From an uncultured archaeon (GTDB lineage: Archaea; Iainarchaeota; Iainarchaeia; Iainarchaeales; CSSED10-239), in assembly GCA_964496765.1 (NCBI GenBank), contig CAZCAP010000003.1:68954-97967 (forward strand): DNA of 29,014 bases. The letters are read 5' to 3'. Both the position numbers and the translations under genes were made by a program. Below, one piece after another: positions 26,224 to 29,014 of this stretch. The notes under the pieces are model-generated. The model was not told the origin of the DNA. It did no database searches and worked only from the letters and a program-made list of their open reading frames with translations. Positions within the stretch are counted from its first letter, which is position 1; each line of letters begins with the position of its first letter.

Positions 26224-28464
26224 TTAATCAATCTTAAGTTTCTCAGTTGCCTTGTAATTATTAAGTGCAATCTTAAACTCAACATAGTCCTTTGGAGGCT
26301 TCTTACAAAGTCCATCTATGAAGTTCTTTCTAGAAGTAATTAGTGCAAGTAAATCATTTGGCTCAATATTGTGCTCTCTGGAGATGTCCTTTAATAAATC
26401 AGAATTGTAAATTATTGGAAGTTTTGTAGTAAATAGGTCTCCTTCCTTTTGTTCAGGTTCTTTCTCATAGGATTTGTAGATTGCATTGTATTCAACCTTT
26501 CTAGTTTTAACATTAAATCCACGTATCTCATCTAATTCCTTAACTTCTCTGTTCATTTCATCGCTACCCTTGAAACCAGTAACTATAACAATATCCAGAC
26601 AGGTTAATAGTGATGGATCAAGTGAGATAGGGGGCGTTGTTAGTCTGGTTACTAAATTTTCCACGCTTTTTGAGTGCACAGTTGATAGTGAACAGTGACC
26701 TGATGCCATACCCTGGAACATAAGAGACATTTCTTCTCCTCTAACTTCACCAAGGATTAGATAATCTGGTCTTTGTCTAAATGATTCCTTTAGAAGATCC
26801 AGCATGGTTACTTCACCATATTTTTTACCAGTTGTATCTGGTGGACCAAAACCAGGTCTTGTAATCTGTGGAATCCAGTTATCCATTAATAGATTAATTT
26901 CTCTAGTGTCTTCAATTGAAACTACTCTCTGTGCAGGCGGAATAAATGATGATATTACATTCAGTAATGTTGTTTTTCCACCAGCTGTTGGTCCAATCAA
27001 TATCATATTCTTTTTGAATTCAAGTGCAGTCCATAGATATGCTGCAATGGTTGAGTTTAATGTTCCTGAATTAATTAAATCAATTGTTGTTAATGGTTTT
27101 TCAGGAAACTTTCTAATTGTAAAGGTTGGACCTCTGGTTGATACATTGCTTGTTAGGGTTGCATTTACACGAGAACCATCTGGAAGTATTGCATCAAGTA
27201 ATGGGGATGCATAGGACACATAGCTCTTACAAAGGTGTGCCATTTTAATTATAAATTGTTGTAGTTCTTTTTCAGTATCAAATTGTAGGTTTGTTACAAT
27301 GTGTCCATATTTACGATGAACAATAAATATTGGTATTCCTATTCCATTACATTCAACATCTTCAATTAACGTATCATGCATTAATGCTTCTATTCTATCA
27401 AGTCCATTAACCTGTCTAATAATGTAATAAACTATTTTATCTTTTTGTGCTTTATTTATTTTAACTTTATTTTTAGTAAATAGCTTTTCTATCATCTCAT
27501 ACATTTGCCCTTCGTTTGTAAGATCAGCAAGGGAAATCTTATTAATTAATGATGTTTTTGTTTCTTCTAATATTTTGGCTTCTTCCTTTGTTAACTCTGG
27601 TTCTGCAACCGTATATCTCTTTGCAGTGTTTCCCATTTCCTGTATAAATGCATATGCAAACCCAGGGATTAAAACCTGATAGTTCTCTGGTAGCAAATCC
27701 TTTGGAACCTCAAACTCTGGCATTTCAACAACAATCTTTGGTTTTTCTACTGGTTTTTTAGCAGCATCTGTTTTCTTGTTTTTTATAAATAAATCATTAA
27801 GACTATTAAATATGGAACTTGTAGGTTTTTTCTCTATTACCTGTATCTTCTTTTCAACCTTTGGTATATCTGGGCTTACTGTCTTTGGACTAATAATAGG
27901 TTCTGTAATTATAACAGGTTTGTTTGTTTCCTCTCTTCTTGATGCCTTGCCTGTTGACATAGTTATTTGAGCTGTTGGAACATTATCTTCAGTTTCAGCT
28001 ATAATTGGAGCCTTTGGCTTAACAGCAACTGTGGTCACTGGCATCTTACTTTTTGGGGTTTCCTGAATTACAGGAGTTATTTGTTTTTGTGTTTCTTCTT
28101 TTGGTTTCTCTTCTCCAGGAATAGTTGATTTTAGTTTTCTACCACTTAATAATTTTAGTACTCCACTGGATCTGTTCTTTAGCTTGTATTTTTTTAATCC
28201 ACTAATTCCAAAGTCAGTTGCAATTTCCGTTAGTAAATTATTATACTTTATGATTTCACTAATTATTTTGCTGTCCAGTGCTTTAGAAGTAGTTAATAGA
28301 TTTTTGGTTTTAAGAGAAGTATAGGCATTCTTCTCTGAAACTTTTTTATTAATTAGTTTTTTGAAGATATCATAGTCTTCTTTGTTCCTACTTGCTTCTA
28401 AGGCTTTAAGAGAGCCTATGCTCTTGATAAATTCCTTTAGTTTTTCGTTTTTGGGAAATTGCAT
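26224..28464 (-). CDS. Type II/IV secretion system ATPase (GspE/VirB11/FlaI/TadA-like) with long N-terminal extension
   Basis: MILIGPTAGGKTTLLNVISSFIPPAQRVVSIEDTREI, DYLILGEVRGEEMSLMFQGMASGHCSLSTVHSKS, plus ~250-residue Pro/Lys/Thr-rich N-terminal region. Confidence 0.9.
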   Translation of the reverse strand: MQFPKNEKLKEFIKSIGSLKALEASRNKEDYDIFKKLINKKVSEKNAYTSLKTKNLLTTSKALDSKIISEIIKYNNLLTEIATDFGISGLKKYKLKNRSSGVLKLLSGRKLKSTIPGEEKPKEETQKQITPVIQETPKSKMPVTTVAVKPKAPIIAETEDNVPTAQITMSTGKASRREETNKPVIITEPIISPKTVSPDIPKVEKKIQVIEKKPTSSIFNSLNDLFIKNKKTDAAKKPVEKPKIVVEMPEFEVPKDLLPENYQVLIPGFAYAFIQEMGNTAKRYTVAEPELTKEEAKILEETKTSLINKISLADLTNEGQMYEMIEKLFTKNKVKINKAQKDKIVYYIIRQVNGLDRIEALMHDTLIEDVECNGIGIPIFIVHRKYGHIVTNLQFDTEKELQQFIIKMAHLCKSYVSYASPLLDAILPDGSRVNATLTSNVSTRGPTFTIRKFPEKPLTTIDLINSGTLNSTIAAYLWTALEFKKNMILIGPTAGGKTTLLNVISSFIPPAQRVVSIEDTREINLLMDNWIPQITRPGFGPPDTTGKKYGEVTMLDLLKESFRQRPDYLILGEVRGEEMSLMFQGMASGHCSLSTVHSKSVENLVTRLTTPPISLDPSLLTCLDIVIVTGFKGSDEMNREVKELDEIRGFNVKTRKVEYNAIYKSYEKEPEQKEGDLFTTKLPIIYNSDLLKDISREHNIEPNDLLALITSRKNFIDGLCKKPPKDYVEFKIALNNYKATEKLKID

Positions 28465-28486
28465 ATTCTCTCATTTTTCCCATATT

Positions 28487-28849
28487 TTATTTTTTAACTT
28501 CCTCGACAATTTTTGCTGCATCTTCTATTTCTGTTTTTTGATTATATGCATCCTTAAGTAAATTTAAATTGTCACTAATTGTGTTTACACATTCTGCAAC
28601 TTCGTTCCAGATTTTTTTTCTTTTATTTGTATTGTCTTCTAGATTCTTTTGGTTTAATTCCTGCATGGTTGCGTAAGTAAACTTAGTAATTGTGTCTGCT
28701 TTTAGCTTTTCTTTTGCTCTTTTAATTTCTTCATCGATCTTTTCTTTTTGATCTTCGAAAGTTCTAAGCATTTCAAGCTTTGCTGTGATATCATTACTTC
28801 TGTTTTCAATAACGTCCAAGAGTCCTACTATATCTACCATAAAATACAC
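28487..28849 (-). CDS. Small coiled-coil protein upstream of secretion ATPase
   Basis: 120 aa, heptad-like Leu/Ile/Lys/Glu pattern, preceded by GGTG, same strand 22 nt upstream of the ATPase. Confidence 0.6.
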   Translation of the reverse strand: MYFMVDIVGLLDVIENRSNDITAKLEMLRTFEDQKEKIDEEIKRAKEKLKADTITKFTYATMQELNQKNLEDNTNKRKKIWNEVAECVNTISDNLNLLKDAYNQKTEIEDAAKIVEEVKK

Positions 28850-28951
28850 CTTTTTTCTTTAATTATAATATATTATATTGATAATCTTTTATATCATAAA
28901 ATATATGTTGATATCATTTATAAATATATCTATTTTATATTTTTCATAAAA

Positions 28952-29014
28952 TTATACTCTATTTATATCTGATTCGTTGGGTTCACTCCCTCTCACATAG
29001 CTTATATAGTTCAT
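28952..29014 (-). CDS. Possible C-terminal end of a gene truncated by the window edge
   Basis: Minus-strand open frame running in from the edge: ...NYISYVRGSEPNESDINRV-stop. Only 20 codons visible. Confidence 0.25.
   Translation of the reverse strand: MNYISYVRGSEPNESDINRV

Noticed and set aside
28973-29014. GGGTTCACTCCC near the right edge resembles a tRNA T-arm
   Set aside because: Flanking bases do not form a 5-bp T stem or a 7-bp acceptor stem, and no D or anticodon arm is visible in the remaining sequence.
1-29014. CRISPR array, toxin-antitoxin, transposon or defence island
   Set aside because: No regularly spaced repeats, transposase/integrase motifs, nuclease/NTPase defence modules, or mobile-element ends were seen; the content is mostly core genes.

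Overview
AT-rich archaeal chromosomal window, probably from a small-genome DPANN-type lineage (inferred from gene content and style, not verified). It is dense with core information-processing genes. On the minus strand at the left: the 5' end of an ABCE1/RLI-like gene (cut by the edge), a hypothetical protein with a textbook JAMM/MPN+ metal motif, and replication factor C large subunit. Next come PCNA, LonB protease, RNase Z, a Rossmann/methyltransferase-like protein, an UPF0173-type metallo-hydrolase, pheS, pheT, metG, aIF5A, a Yip1-like membrane protein, family B DNA polymerase, a ribose-1,5-bisphosphate isomerase/eIF2B-like protein, ftsZ, a small basic protein, secE, spt5, rpl11, a secreted protein with a perfect 81-bp tandem duplication, type II methionine aminopeptidase, two membrane/exported proteins, and a long type II/IV secretion-type ATPase with a small coiled-coil partner. 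I see no CRISPR array, transposon, rRNA or convincing tRNA, and no recognisable defence island. The most interesting items are: (i) a PolB with intact catalytic acidic residues but a rewritten motif A (DFRSYHISLI instead of DFxSLYPSII, with His at the steric-gate position) and motif B (ASTYG instead of NSxYG), plus a C-terminal PIP box; (ii) the JAMM-motif orphan between rfcL and ABCE1; (iii) a perfect in-frame 81-bp tandem duplication at the signal-peptide junction of a secreted protein; (iv) a potentially structured 140-nt intergenic region between pheT and metG; (v) a recurrent GTGAT(AAATT)-ATG ribosome-binding signature; and (vi) an orphan secretion ATPase operon convergent with two exported/membrane proteins.
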